64,000 bases of DNA, taken from contig NW_024704742.1 of assembly GCF_018977255.1 (NCBI RefSeq), positions 120,840,001-120,904,000 on the forward strand, in the 5' to 3' direction. Positions 38,494-51,307 of the stretch are shown here, in pieces; within the stretch, counting starts at the first letter, position 1; every line of letters begins with the position of its first letter. The DNA is from Callorhinchus milii (Eukaryota). The translations under genes were made by a program, and so were the position numbers. The notes below the pieces were generated by a model that did not search any database, was not told the DNA's origin, and was given only the letters and a program-made list of their open reading frames with translations.

Positions 38494-38640
38494 GCCTCCA
38501 GTAATTGAATAGATCCAATAACAGAATTGGAAGCCCTCTCTGATTCTCCAGTCACTTGGTCAATCATCTCATGGTGGTTTTTAGAACCTCTTCAAACCTT
38601 TTCCTTGAAGAAGTTCTGCTCTTCTCTTCGACATGACTTT

Positions 38641-38747
38641 CAGTTCTGACGAAAGGTCATGGACCCGAAACATTGATTCGCTTTCCTTTTTCCACAGAAG
38701 CTGCCTGACCTGCTGAGTGTTCCCAGTGACTTCTGTTTTTGTTTTAG
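38641..38747 (+). mobile_element. Penelope-derived unit with hammerhead motif (copy 3)
   Basis: cagtt-CTGACGA-a-aggtc(atg)gaccc-GAAACATT-gatt; CpG-decayed helix III; same downstream tail. Confidence 0.7.
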
Positions 38748-39499
38748 AACCTTGCTGCAACGTATGCCTATAAAATAGTCACTACACTTGGCAGAAATTA
38801 CCTGTGAAGTGCTTTGAGACATTTCAATGTGATACAACAAAGATAATTATGAAATACAATGATAATTATCGTTATTTCCAGATTGTTTTGCCAAATTTAA
38901 AAAATATAAAACGACAAACCATTTAAAAAAATGATATTCCTTCACATATGTTTCAGCTACAGAAGAATTGAAAATCCAATGAAGAAGGTCAGATGGCTCC
39001 TTTATCCAATTTCAATATCAAATTGCTTGAATTTCAATCTGTTCTACACAACTTATTTGCCTTTTGAATTGAAAACTTTCTCTGAAGATATCATACATAA
39101 ACTAAATGTGTACTTTCCGACATGTTCAATGCTGGTACAAATTAATAGCATTTACTTTTTTTATTAATCCAATGGACAGATACTTTGGTTTGAAAAGCAG
39201 ATTTAATTTCAAACAATCTTAGCTCAGTGAAGGAGTAAGCGAACAAGAGCGAGAGGGAGAGAGAGAGAGAGATCAGGACAACTGATCTGTACTATCCTGA
39301 AAATATTCAATGAAAACACAAACTCAACACCACGTTTCAGGGTGAATTGGGGTTGGAGGATTGATGAAGGCTTTATGTGCCTAGATCAACCATAGCCCTG
39401 ATTATGATCAATATCTTACAAATCTCATAAACATCAAAACAGCGATGCTTATTTTCTATTCATTTAAAAATCCACGCAGTTCTACTGTTAAACTGAAAT

Positions 39500-39818
39500 T
39501 AAAGATTTTTGTCTTCACATTCAAATGCCTCCTGTCTGGATGTTCCCTCTGCTCACCAACCCCAGTTTGCTTCATATACCCTGCTCATTCCACTTTCCTG
39601 GACAAGCCTTCAGCCACTCTGCCCTGACCCCTGGAACTCCATTCTGGAGTTCCTTTGCCTTGCCTTCAAAACTTGCCTTAAGGCCTATCTATTCGACCAC
39701 CTTTCCCTGCCATCTTCAGCTCTTCCTCTACCCCGATCCCAGACTCCAGTCAGCTGTGTGAAGAGCTTTGAGATGGTTTCCTAATGTGAAAGACGCAATA
39801 TAAATGTAAATTGTTATT
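39500..39818 (+). mobile_element. Old L2 3' end
   Basis: gccttcagccactctgccc...ctggaactccatt and an L2 tail ending aaatgtaaattgtt. Confidence 0.7.
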
Positions 39819-41694
39819 CTGCAAGCATCTCTTCTCTTGCAGGCTGGGCTTAGAAAGAATATACTCAGAAAATGTGCCAACTGCAACATACCATTCCCTT
39901 GGTTAGAATTCCAGAGAAATTTCCCAGTATTCCCAGCGGGTAAATTGGCAATCTAAACTGGAATGCTTGCATTGATTTTGTGACCTTATTGTCACGGCAA
40001 TTTACATTCAATAAGCTATGAGGCAAAATGGCATTCATTAACTCTTTTTTTGTTGTTTTGTGACCGGTTTCATTTTGCAATGCCACAGAAAAAGAATTAT
40101 ATTAAAAGATTATAAATAATACTAACATTTGATAGTGTTTTATTACATTGAAATGTTTCAAAGCACTTGATATAATAATTGACTTTGAATAATTTTAACA
40201 AGTGCACTGATGTGTTAAGCTGCCAAATGGGAGCAACAACAACAATATTATATTTGTATAGCGACTTTCACGTCGGGAGGACGTCCCAAGGCGATGGACA
40301 GAGGACAGCATTTCAGACCCAAGCAGTTAATCTGTGCCACAATACTCCACAAATTATATATATATGGCTATTGATCTTTTTATTGATGACTTTGCATAAG
40401 AAAGGAAAATTGGACAAAATGTACCGCCCAGCTTTGAAACAATGCCATGGGATGTTTAACATCTATGTGAAGCAGTAGAATAAGACTCATCTCAGTTTAA
40501 CATCTCATCCGAAAGAGGGCACCACTAGCAACACAGCTGTACTGTACTACCACCTTAGATTACGGGTTTCACCCAGACTTAAACCCACACTTTGTGATTC
40601 AACTTAGCTAACATGACAGACTGATTAAAACATGAATGTGCTACAATAATAATAATCATTGCATGTGATGCCACACCTTATGCTGTTGAAAAGTCTCAAA
40701 GTATTTCACAGGATTTACTGTAAAATGAAGTAACTGTGTATCTCCTGGCAAATACAGCAGGCAATGTGCCATGAATTGAATGACCAATTTTATGAAGAGG
40801 TTTTGTTGGGTTGGACAGCAAGAGAAATCCTTTTTCTTTTCATATAGTTCAAGAGATCTTCAACAACCATCTAAACAGGCAGACAGGACCTTGGTTAAAC
40901 GTCTCCTATGAAGGGCCTTTGACAAAACAGTGCACCCTAACACTGCACTTGAGTGATGATGGTTATCCCAAGTGGATTGACACTGATAAGGTCACTGGAA
41001 TAAGACCCATAATTAGCAGAAAAAAGTGCTGAGGGAAAGTACACGGAAGTGAAGTAAGAAAACTGACTGCAAAATTCTGCCCGAAGCTTTCAATTTAATT
41101 CAATATGAATTGGGAATTTGTGGCATGTCTATCACGACAATTCCTCTGGTCACTGTTGCATCTGTCCATGTTTACCAACAAAACACTTCAATGTAACTTT
41201 TTTTTAAAGCTCCTTAAACATTGGAGACATTTCACAGTGAGACACTGCAATATTAAAAACAAGCATTATATATCATTTATTCTAAATCATATCCTTTACG
41301 AATGAGTCATTAAATTGAGGTCAGTTTGCTTCATGCCTCAGGTAGATTTTAAAGGAGCCACTGATGTTATGTCAATGAAAAGTGAGGCGTTTCTCTCAAA
41401 TGTGTTTGGCATCCATCCCCTCACTCAAATTCACACACATAAATTCAGGTAAACTTACTGTTCACCTCATTGTTTGGGGGACATTGTTGCCTACATAACA
41501 ACATTCACTTCATTTAAAATCATTATCATTTTGTGAAGAGCTTCAAGGTGTTCTTTTATAAGAAATGTAAGTTGTTGACCTTTTGAAAATGAAATTTATC
41601 TGCATCCCACAGCTCCCCAACTTCCAGAAACATGTTTCAAACCTGTCCTCCTCCTAGCCATCATCTTACAAATTGTGCCTAGTTACTAGACAAT

Positions 41695-41880
41695 TAACAT
41701 AACATGTAGGAGCAGGAGTAGGCCATTCGGCCCTTCGAGGCTGCCCCGCCATTCAATCATGGCTGATCTTCTAATCTAACTCCAGCTAATAACTTGACCC
41801 TGCCTTATCCCCATATCCCTTAATCCGTTTTGCAATAAGAAATCTATCTCAGTCTTGAATAAGTGCAATCTCCTGACATT
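41695..41880 (-). mobile_element. CR1-type 3' end (uninterrupted version of the 17629-18060 insert)
   Basis: aacataacatgtaggagcaggagtaggccattc...gatcttctaatctaactccagctaataac; related to the 3' end of the CR1 at 48116. Confidence 0.8.
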
Positions 41881-42418
41881 GCTGAAAACACTGCATTTGC
41901 TTCTTTTCAGTCATGAAAATGAATGATTACCTTTTCCATGTTGCTTCCATGTTTATCGAATGCCTTTCACATCGGGAGGACATCCCAAGGCGCTGGACAG
42001 TTGGGTCGGGACCCGAGCAGGAGAGAAATGGTCAAGGTGAGGGAAGGGAGGGAGCGAGGAGGGGGTAGAGAGTCGAGAGGGGGCTGTGAAGGCACGTTTG
42101 AAGAGAATAATACCCCTGGTGACAGCTCATTAAACAAATATATTCAAATGTTGTCTCTCGTTTGTTTGGCTTTAATAAAACTTGCATCTGATACTGAATC
42201 TATAACGTTGGAATCCCTCAAGGCGGCTCACGGATAATTGCTGTCAAGTGCAATGGTTGTATTTGTAGGCAATCACATTCACCACCCTGCATAGAGTAAG
42301 GTCCCTCAAACAGCCATGAAACAAATGATAGATCTATTTACATGTACAGGACAGTACTATTTAAAACCTTTAACAAAGTAACAAATTAAAAATAAAAGAT
42401 TTTTAAATGAGTTGCTTA

Positions 42419-42729
42419 TAATAATATCCTTGCATTTGATATAGCGCTTTTCACGTCTTCTAGATGTCTCAAAGCGCTTCACAGAATATGCTGTAAAGTG
42501 AATTGACTGTATACTTGTGGGCGAAATGCAGCAGCCAATTGTGCACAGCAGTGTCCCACAAACAGTCGTGGATTGAAAATGACCAATTTATTATTGTTTT
42601 TGTTTTTGGAGGGATTATTATTAGGTGTGTGGAGTAAGGAAACTTGCCCAAGGTTTCGCCCTGCCGGGAATTGAATCCAGGTGTCTCGCTTGCAAGGCGA
42701 GTGCTCTAACCACTTAGCTACAGGACTCC
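42419..42729 (-). mobile_element. Full-length tRNA-derived SINE (short subfamily)
   Basis: Reverse-complement head ending ggactcc at 42729; tail loop variant ctagaa. Confidence 0.93.
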
Positions 42730-43547
42730 ACATTATGAGTGCTTGTGCCTTTTTACACAGTTTGAACTTCTTGGAGTAAGGAGCTTTTATGGCTTGAGCT
42801 ACAGACATGGAACCAGAGCTTATGTTTTTAAACACTGGTTGATACAGGCAGCCCTTGACTCTTTCAAATAAAATTGATAATATTGATAATATTATTATTA
42901 TTATTTAGCAGCTCACCACGCACCATTCCCTGTCTAACAGGGCAGCTAACTGCGCAAACTAGTCTTGAGATGGCTCTGAATTGCTTTTCCTGTACAAAAA
43001 TGCCTGGCACTAGTTTGCTACTTCCCCCAAGGGCCTATACTGACTTTGGGATCTCCATTGTATGGAGAATTGAAAGGCTGAACTCATCTGAGGCTAACAT
43101 ACTGTGTTGCTTTATATCAAAGTCATTTGGGATGCCCTAAAACAATCAGCTGTATATAAAAAAGTTTTTGCTCTTAGATACTTTTTTTTACATTTTGGGA
43201 GACACTTTCCTGAAACCAGTAATAAGAAATACACCAAATAATAATCACAGGTACATCTTCACCGGATTTTATATGTCCTTGATGAGATAAAAAATATATT
43301 TTTTTGACAGGCTTCAGCAAAATGAATTGGTTGTCATGGATACCAACACGCACATCAAGACAAAAATCCCTTCACTCATATGAGTCTACTCTTCATAATC
43401 AAAGCAATGCATTTATGATTCACCCGCACATTAACCCCCCCCCTTCCACTGAAAGCAATGCACAAACATGTATGAAAAATCCAATAGAAGACACAGTAGT
43501 GAGTGTTAATCTACAGTATTTCACCAATTTGTTATGTTTTCCTATGT

Positions 43548-44351
43548 GGAGTCCAGTAGTTCAGTGGTTATAGCACTCGCCTCGCTAGCGACAGGACCTG
43601 GGTTCAATTCCCAGGTGTGGCGAAACATTAGACAAGTTTTCTTACTTCATACACTTCTGTTTACCTAGCAGTAAGTAGGAACTCAGTTGTTATTGCTTTG
43701 GTAGATCGCTTTTCTGGGGGGTAAGAATCCCTTTCAAAATAAATAAATCTTCTTCTATCTATCTTATATATATCTATACTAATAAAACAACAATGTCTGT
43801 CTGCGCTTCAAGAAAGATTTGAACCTCATTGGAAAGATCTTGCACCTGGGAGTGGCATGGGCATATTTGTTTTCGCATATCTCCTATTGCTCATGAGGAA
43901 TTTTCACTTTTGCATTTTTCACTGCAGTTACACCTGGTTGCCACCGAGTCAAAGTGGCGCTGTGGCATTGTGCGTCACAGAGCGTCTACGTATGCACGTA
44001 CATACTGCAGTTACACCTGGTGACCGCATCCTCCCAATAGGAGTCCTCCCATAGGAGTCCTCCCAGATATGCATAGATAAAGATGAAATGTCTGTCTGTG
44101 TCAGTCTACAATCCATACTGGATCCTTTGGTTGCAAGCGTAGCTGCAATGGGTACAACTAGTAAAAAATAAAATAATAATAATTTGGTCACTCAATCCAC
44201 GGCACTGATGTGGGGCACTGCTGTGCGCAATTGGCTGCATCTTTTCGCCCACATAATATAGTCAATTCACTTTACAATATATTCTGTGAAGCGCTTTGAG
44301 TTGTCTCAAAGACCTGATAAGGTGCTATATCAAATCCAAGGGTTATTATTT
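43548..44351 (+). mobile_element. tRNA-derived SINE (long subfamily) split by a Helitron
   Basis: SINE head and middle at 43548-43747, body and tail at 44162-44351; colinear with intact copies once the insert is removed. Confidence 0.88.
43748..44161 (+). mobile_element. Non-autonomous Helitron (414 bp)
   Basis: Starts TC after an A and ends CTAG before a T, with no distinct TSD; subterminal hairpin ttgc-a-agc-gta-gct-gcaa at 44131-44148; 5' tctatactaataaaa motif. Confidence 0.8.
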
Positions 44352-44805
44352 GTTTATAGGCTCCAGTGCTGCGCAGGGGGAGCATTGACTCATTGGAATT
44401 GGAACACCATCAACTGGGTCATCTGTCACATTTGTGGTAAAATCCATCTCTCTAGTATTGGTCTACAAAGCCACCTGAATACCCACTACAGATGAGGTCA
44501 TCTTAAAACTCGAATCCCCTTCTGTTTTTTATTGTTTGTTTTTTAATAGCTGAAGAACAATCTTACTTGATTATCAAGGGATTGTCTATTATATAAGAGG
44601 TATAAAGGAACAAATTCAAATAAATATAATTAAAATTGTTATTTCCAAGTTAACATGTTTAGACAAGATATCATCATAACAATTAATGTATTGGTAATGT
44701 ACAACGTTGCTAGAGCATGGTAATATGGGTAACTTCAATGTCTCAACTTCCAGAAAGCATTAAGATATTCATAGAAGTCTTATAACAAAGCTGAACATTA
44801 CTTCA

Positions 44806-44900
44806 CAATTTGATAAAAGGTCAAACTTGAAGTGTTAACTTATTTTCCTCCTTCAGATTTTGATCAACCAGTTGTGCATTCTTCTGTTTTTATTTTTTCT
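44806..44900 (+). mobile_element. Heavily decayed Penelope/hammerhead unit (copy 4)
   Basis: ttgataaaaggtcaaacttgaagtgttaact...cttctgtttttatttt is colinear with copies 1-3, with the catalytic core mutated. Confidence 0.5.
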
Positions 44901-45479
44901 AAATATTGTTGCTTATTAGGTTAAAACCAGCTCCAAAACATATCACAGTATTGTGTAATGAGGTCAAAGGTTTAACATCTCTTGGGTACAAAAATCTCAG
45001 ACTTAGCAGCTGAAGAGACAAATGCCAAAATGTCTGACTGAGCTAAGAGGAGTTCTCTGAGAAATAGTGCCCGAGGAGTTAACGTATCATCTGAACATGT
45101 TTTGGTTTCACGAAAAGCCTCCTGTGAATCACAAGAGTTAGCTTCATTCTGCACTGTGCATTTTAAGAAGAATTTTATGATGAAATATCAATTTTGGACA
45201 AAATTACTGATAATGATGTGCAGATGTCAGACTCTTTAATTAAGTTCACAGAAAGAGAAGCAGGTTTGATTAGTGTTTTTCATATTGCACACAGATCACT
45301 GTCAGGATTGTGATTACAGCAACCACATTCTGAAGACAAAATAAGGAAATTTAATTTCCTTTGTTCACTGTTACGATGAATTTTCTCTTTAGTGCCAGCT
45401 AGCTGTCACAGCCTGAAGCAACCAGGTGATCTTTGGTAATGAATATCATTGTTCAGAAAATTGGTGAATAAAGTAAAAC

Positions 45480-45985
45480 TTCCTGGTTCTATCCTGAAAT
45501 TGCTCTTTGCAACTCTAAACCCATGCCCTCTTGTTCTATTGTCTTGGCGCATCTTAAAGTATTGTTCTGGGTTTACTTTTTCAATCCCATTTAAAATTTT
45601 ATATGCTTCTACAAGTTCCTCTCTGTCTTGTCTTTTCTCAAGACTGAAGAGCTCAAGCTTGACTAATTGTTGCTCGTAGCTCATTCCTCTAACAGTGGGG
45701 ATAATCCTTATTGCGCTCCTCTGCATTGCCTCTAGGGCCTGATCAACTCCCTGATGTCAGTGACCAGAACTGTATACGATACTCTAGGTCTGGCCACATC
45801 ATTATACAGCCAGAGTATGACCTCTGGGGATCTAAACTCAACTGGTTTAGCAGCATAGCCCAGCATCCCATTTGCCGTGTTATTGCTGCCCCACAGCGTT
45901 TTGACATAGGGATGGGTCAACTAACATCCCTAGATGTCTTTCAACTTCCCCCCTTGGCAAGTTCTATCTCGCCATCACTGTGACT
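45480..45985 (-). mobile_element. CR1 LINE fragment
   Basis: GMSYEQQLVKLELFSLEKRQDREELVEAYKILNG...NRTRGHGF. Confidence 0.88.
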
Positions 45986-47364
45986 CCACAATCAGGTAGC
46001 AAGAAAGGTAATATGATCTTGCTGGGGTGGATGTTTCAATCTGTCCTCTATCTGAAATCTTGCTGCTCCTTTGATGCTTTTCCTGGCTGCCAAACACTGA
46101 CAAAACTTATCATCTCAGCAAGTAAGGTTGAGTGACAGGAAACCCTGGAAATTTCTTTCAAATTGTATCTGCAGGATATTTTCTTACATCTATCTTTGCA
46201 TAAAGTGTTTTCAGTACAGTCCTTTAAAATAATTGAAACATATATGTCTCCTCATTAGTGAAAATACCAAAGGGACCCAATTGAACACTTTTCAAAAGCT
46301 ATGAGCTCAAACGGGGATTAATTCACACATTCAATTAAATTGAACCTTTTTTTGAAGAAAGTTTTGAAGATCAACACTTTTTATTCTCCTCACCTCTTTC
46401 TCCTTGTTCACTAATGTGGCTGTAAAATCAGACAGTCAGACGTCCCCTAACCACTGCGAATGGCACACTGAATTGCCTGATCTGGGTAGCGTCACTCTGT
46501 TAAAGTGATACACCCTGTTCTTTAGTTGGGACTTCAACAGAATAATGCACCTCAGATCAGGCACTGAGTAGTGTGGGAGATTGACAGCGTGTGCCACCAG
46601 GTCCCAGTGCCATACTCCGATGCTCCCACTCACCTTGTTATCACGCTATAATAAAAAGCGAGACCTTTCCCTAAGCGAGAGAGGAACCACTGATTGACAG
46701 CTAAATAATCTGTTGCATGTGATTTTAAGATTTTCCACAGAAGAACAAATCACTTCTCATTGGAGGGACATTTTAATAAGGTCTCCCCTTACGTAACTGT
46801 AACCATGGATAGAAAATGACATGGTTTATTTTTAGACCGTCACATCATGATTTCAAAGGTAGAAAAGTGCTGCAATAAATTCACTCAGGCATATTTTTTT
46901 AAAAATCCAAAGCTTCTAACTGAAGCTTTTGGCCACGGGCTAATTTCATTGCATTTTATCTAGAGAAAGAACACAAAGATAGAGAAGCACTTACAAGGGG
47001 GTCTGCATTACACTATGCTCATGATGTTTTTCTGTTCTTCACCGATACATTGTGGCTATTGCTCGTTTAACCTTTTCTCTCATGTTTCTCCCTTTATAAT
47101 GACTATGAATACTCTTATAAAAATAAATTGTAGACTCTTCAACAATAGTTTGTGACAGAGAATTTCATATTCCACAGTCTGTGCAAAGCATTTAGCAAAA
47201 CTGACATAGTCTATCGGGAGGGCACTATGGTACAGTCAAATACAAGATTACATTTGTATTTCGCCCTTCATGTCGGGAGGACATCCCAAGGCGCTGGATG
47301 AAAGATAAAAAAGGAAAATCACATTAACATAACACATTTGAGTGAATAAAAGAAAAATACTACT

Positions 47365-47555
47365 TAACAATAATAATCCTTGCATTTGATATAGCACTTT
47401 TCACGTCTTCTAGACGTCTTAAAGCGCTTCACAGAATAGACTGTAAAGTGAATTGACCATATATTTGTGGGCGAAACATGGCAGCCAATTGCACACAGCA
47501 GTGTCCCACAAACAGTCGTGGATTGTTTTTGTTTTTTGGAGAAATTATTATTAAC
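47365..47555 (-). mobile_element. SINE 3' portion
   Basis: Reverse complement of the SINE body and tail. Confidence 0.88.
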
Positions 47556-48115
47556 ATTGGGTCTTTATAAAAATAAAGTTACAGATCTGTTATCAGATAG
47601 AAGAATAGTCCCACAGTAGTTTGTTCTTCCTCACTTATGTTTTGCTGCAATTTCATGAGTTTTCTTTTTTTTAGCAGATGCAAAAAAGATGTGCCTGAGA
47701 TGTCCTATTTATACACAGGAGAGTTTGCACTATTTAATGGATTAAAGGAACTCTACAGAGTAAAAGCTCACAGTGTATTTTGCTTTAAAAAACTGTAAAA
47801 GTAGTAGCCGTTTCGAGGACAGGGATATTTAAGTCAGGGGGTACTGGCTGTACCCTTCAGCAATCCCATGCCATCACTCATCAGTTTCAAGCACTTCACT
47901 GTTCTAAACATCAGTGCCGAGCCCTGAGGTGTTAGCATTCACTTTGCATTACAGATTTAAAAATAAAAAGTCTTCTGTAGCTAAGTTAATGTCTGACTGA
48001 GAAAGGGCCACTTTGTGGCCAACAAAATTCAATTTCAGTGAATCTTTTTGAGGCAAGGTTGAATGAAACAAAGTAATGTGATTGTCAGTTAGTTCGAACT
48101 GTTTAGATAAATGTT

Positions 48116-49235
48116 TAAGAACATAAGAACATAAGAATTAGGAGCAGGAGTAGGCCATTTGGCCCTTCGTGCCTGCTCCACCATTCAATAAGATCATGGC
48201 TGATCTTCTCACCTAACTCTGATTACCTGCCCTATCCCCATATCCCCTAATCCCTCTATTTTTCAAGAATCTATCAGTCTCAGCCTTGAAAATGTTCAAG
48301 GACTGAGCATCTACAGCCTTCTGGGGTAGTGAATTCCATTAGTTCACTACCCTCTGAGTGAAGAAATGTTTCCTCAACTCTGTTCTAAAAGGCTGACCCT
48401 TAATTTTAAGACTGTGACCCCTGGTTATAGATTCTCCTACCAGGGGAAACAGTCCCTCAGTGTCTACTGTATCCAGCCCTTTAAGAATCTTATAAGTTTC
48501 AATAAGATCCCCCTAATTCTTCTGTACTCTAGAGAATACAGCCCTAGTTTATTCAGCCTATCCTCAAAGGTCAGTCCCCTCATCCCAGGAACTAACCGAG
48601 TGAATCTACGCTGCACCCCCACTAGGGCAAGTATGTCCTTTTTTAAATAAGGAGACCAAAACTGCACACAATACTCTAGGTGCGGTCTCACCAAAGCCCT
48701 ATACAGTTGCAGCAAGACTTCCCTACTCTTATATTCTAAACCTTTCGAAATGAACGCTAACATGCCGTTCACCTTCTTAGTTGCTTGCTGCACCTGCAAA
48801 CTAACTTTTTGGGACTGGTGTACAAGGACACCCAAATCCCTTTGAATATTAACACTATCTAACTTCTCCCCTTCCAGAAAATAATCTGTTCTTTTATTCT
48901 TGCTACCTAGGTGAATAATTTCACACTTGCTAAGATTGAATTCCATCTGCCACCTACTTGCCCACTCCCCGAGCCTATCTATATCTTGTTGCAATCTTTT
49001 TGCATCATCCTGAGAGCTCACTCTGCTACCTAGTTTAGTATCATCCGCCAATTTAGACACATTACATTAAATGTCCTCGTCCAGATCATTGATGGTAAAT
49101 AGCTGAGGCCCAAGCACTGATCCTTGTGGCACTCCATTAGTTACATCCTGCCAATTCGAGAATGATCCGTTTATCACTACTCTCTGCTTTCTACCCAATA
49201 GCCACTCTTCTATCCATGTTAATATTTTCCCATTA
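48116..49235 (-). mobile_element. CR1 LINE, RT domain to 3' tail
   Basis: [42 protein letters not shown]; tail (taagaaca)n on the + strand. Confidence 0.96.
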
Positions 49236-49369
49236 AGAAGATTTGGAACCAATATGAATCAATCCCGCATCAGTGCACAGCAGGTAGTACCATATCACAG
49301 ATCTCCATATAATGTGAGAATACCCAATGTACACACTGACCCCTCCACAAGTTGTTGAGCCATAGACTA

Positions 49370-49745
49370 GAATAATAACAATAATCCTTGCATTTGTTAT
49401 AGTGTATTTTACAAGGGAAGGATGTCTCAAACGCTTCACAGTATTCCACTGTAAAAATTAGTGAGTGTGTATTTTGTAGGTGAATGTAGCCATGAATTTG
49501 CGCACAACTGTGTCCCACAAACACCCATGACCAATTTTTGTATGTGGGATTGTTGGCCAAGTCACTGAACGAAACTCCCTTCGCTTTTCGAGTGGTGTCT
49601 TGGAATCTTTAACGTCCACCTGAACAAGCAGACAGGACCTTGGTTTAATTACCATCCAAAGGCTTCTGATGATGCAGCTCACCCCAAGCACCAGCACTGC
49701 ATTGGAGAGTCAGGACAGACTATGTGAATTCACGTCCCGACATAG
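49370..49745 (-). mobile_element. Deu-domain SINE
   Basis: atctttaacgtccacctgaacaagcagacaggaccttggtttaa is the reverse-complement Deu motif. Confidence 0.7.
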
Positions 49746-49844
49746 GTGATCTGCACACAGATCAAGGGAGTAAGCAGTGTAAAAAGAAAGAATTGACCAA
49801 TTAAAACAAATATTTCCTTGTCTCACACACACACGGAAAAGTGT

Positions 49845-50235
49845 CTGGAGCTGGTTAGGGTTGCTGGGGCTGGTTCGGGGTTGCTGGAGCTAGGTCGGGG
49901 TTGCTAGAGCTGGTTCGGGGTTGCTGGAGCTGGTTCGGGGTTGCTGGAGCTGGTTCGAGGTTGCTGGAGCTGGTTCGGGGTTGCTGGAGCTGGCTCGGAG
50001 TTGCTGGAGCTGGCTCGGGGTTGCTGGAGCTGGCTCGGAGTTACTGGGGCTTGTTCGGAGTTGCTGGAGCTAGGTCGGGGGTTGCTAGAGCTGGTTTGGG
50101 GTTGCTGGAGCTGGTTCGGGGTTGCTGGAGCTGGTTCGGGGTTGCTGGAGCTGGTTCGGAGTTACTGGGGCTTGTTCGGGGTTAATGGGGCTTGTTCGGG
50201 GTTTTTGTTGGGGCTTGTTCGCTGTTGCTGGGGTT
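49845..50235. repeat. G-rich minisatellite, 20-bp unit
   Basis: About 19 tandem copies of GGGGTTGCTGGAGCTGGTTC, decaying at the right end. Confidence 0.95.
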
Positions 50236-50946
50236 GGCCCCTCTGCCAATGTCTGCTCTCTCTCCTGACTTTGGAAGTTCTACAAAATGTGCCTCACTTG
50301 AAATGCCCACTAATTCCTCTTTCCTTATTAGGAAAGACCTGCACAGAAGGAGATCATTTGGCTCATCATATCTCTGCTGGCTCTTTGAAAGAATCCCTTA
50401 CTGTTATACATCCTTATGACACATTGTTGATCCACGAGACATTTTGAATTACCACTGGATTAGCTTGTAATAGAAACAGTCATTTCCAACAGTATGAGCC
50501 TACAGTATGTCATCCAATTAGTTCCCAGCTGATTACTAACCGTTATGGAATATGAAGTACAGTCTACTCAGAAAGTCTAGTTCGCTCTGTATTTGTGGGA
50601 TTTTAATATTGCTGGTTTCTTTGATCTTAAAACATCAAGTAAACCTAGATTTGATTTAATGCATTTGTGTGTCTCAAGTCTGCCAATGATCGCTTACAAA
50701 GAGGATTTTGCTATTCGACCCCTACGAAAAACTCTGGCACTGCAATCACAGGCTGTTACACAGTAACCAGTGGCAGCATTCCAAAAGTACTTAGACCTTA
50801 TGCCAATCACACAAAGACCAAGATAATCTTTACATTGTCGCAGAAGCACTAAGCTGGATGCAAGAGAAAGACCTGAAGACCTTTATGAATTCTAAATCTT
50901 TAAATCCACTGAAAGCTTTTGAAACTTGTAAATGAGTATTTCTCAT

Positions 50947-51307
50947 GGAGTCCTGCAGTTCAGTGGTTAGAGCACTTGACTCGCAAGCGAGAGACCTGGG
51001 TTTGATTCCCAGCAGGGCAAAATGTTGGGCAAGTTTCCTTACTCCACACGCGTCCGTTTACCTATCAGTAGATAGGAACCCAGTTGTTAGTTGATTGGTG
51101 GATTGCTTTTTCGGGGGAAATATTTCCTAAAAAAAATTGGTCACTCAATCCACCACTGTTTGTGGGACACTGCTGTGCTCAATTGGCTGCCGCGTTTTGC
51201 TCACAAAATATAGTAAATTCACTTTACAGCGTATTCTGTGAAGCCCATTGAGACGTCTCGACGACATGATAAGGCACTATATCAAATGCAAGGATTATTA
51301 TTATTAT
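50947..51307 (+). mobile_element. Full-length tRNA-derived SINE (long subfamily)
   Basis: tRNA head, internal gtttacctatcagtagataggaaccc segment, tail. Confidence 0.92.

Noticed and set aside
48464..49060. 198-aa RT-like ORF as a functional gene
   Set aside because: 5'-truncated, frameshifted CR1 ORF2 with a deletion before the ADD motif.
49901..50447. Repetitive ORFs (LLELVRGCWSWFGVAGAGS)n
   Set aside because: Translation of the 20-bp minisatellite; no splice or homology support. Not a CRISPR array because there are no unique spacers.
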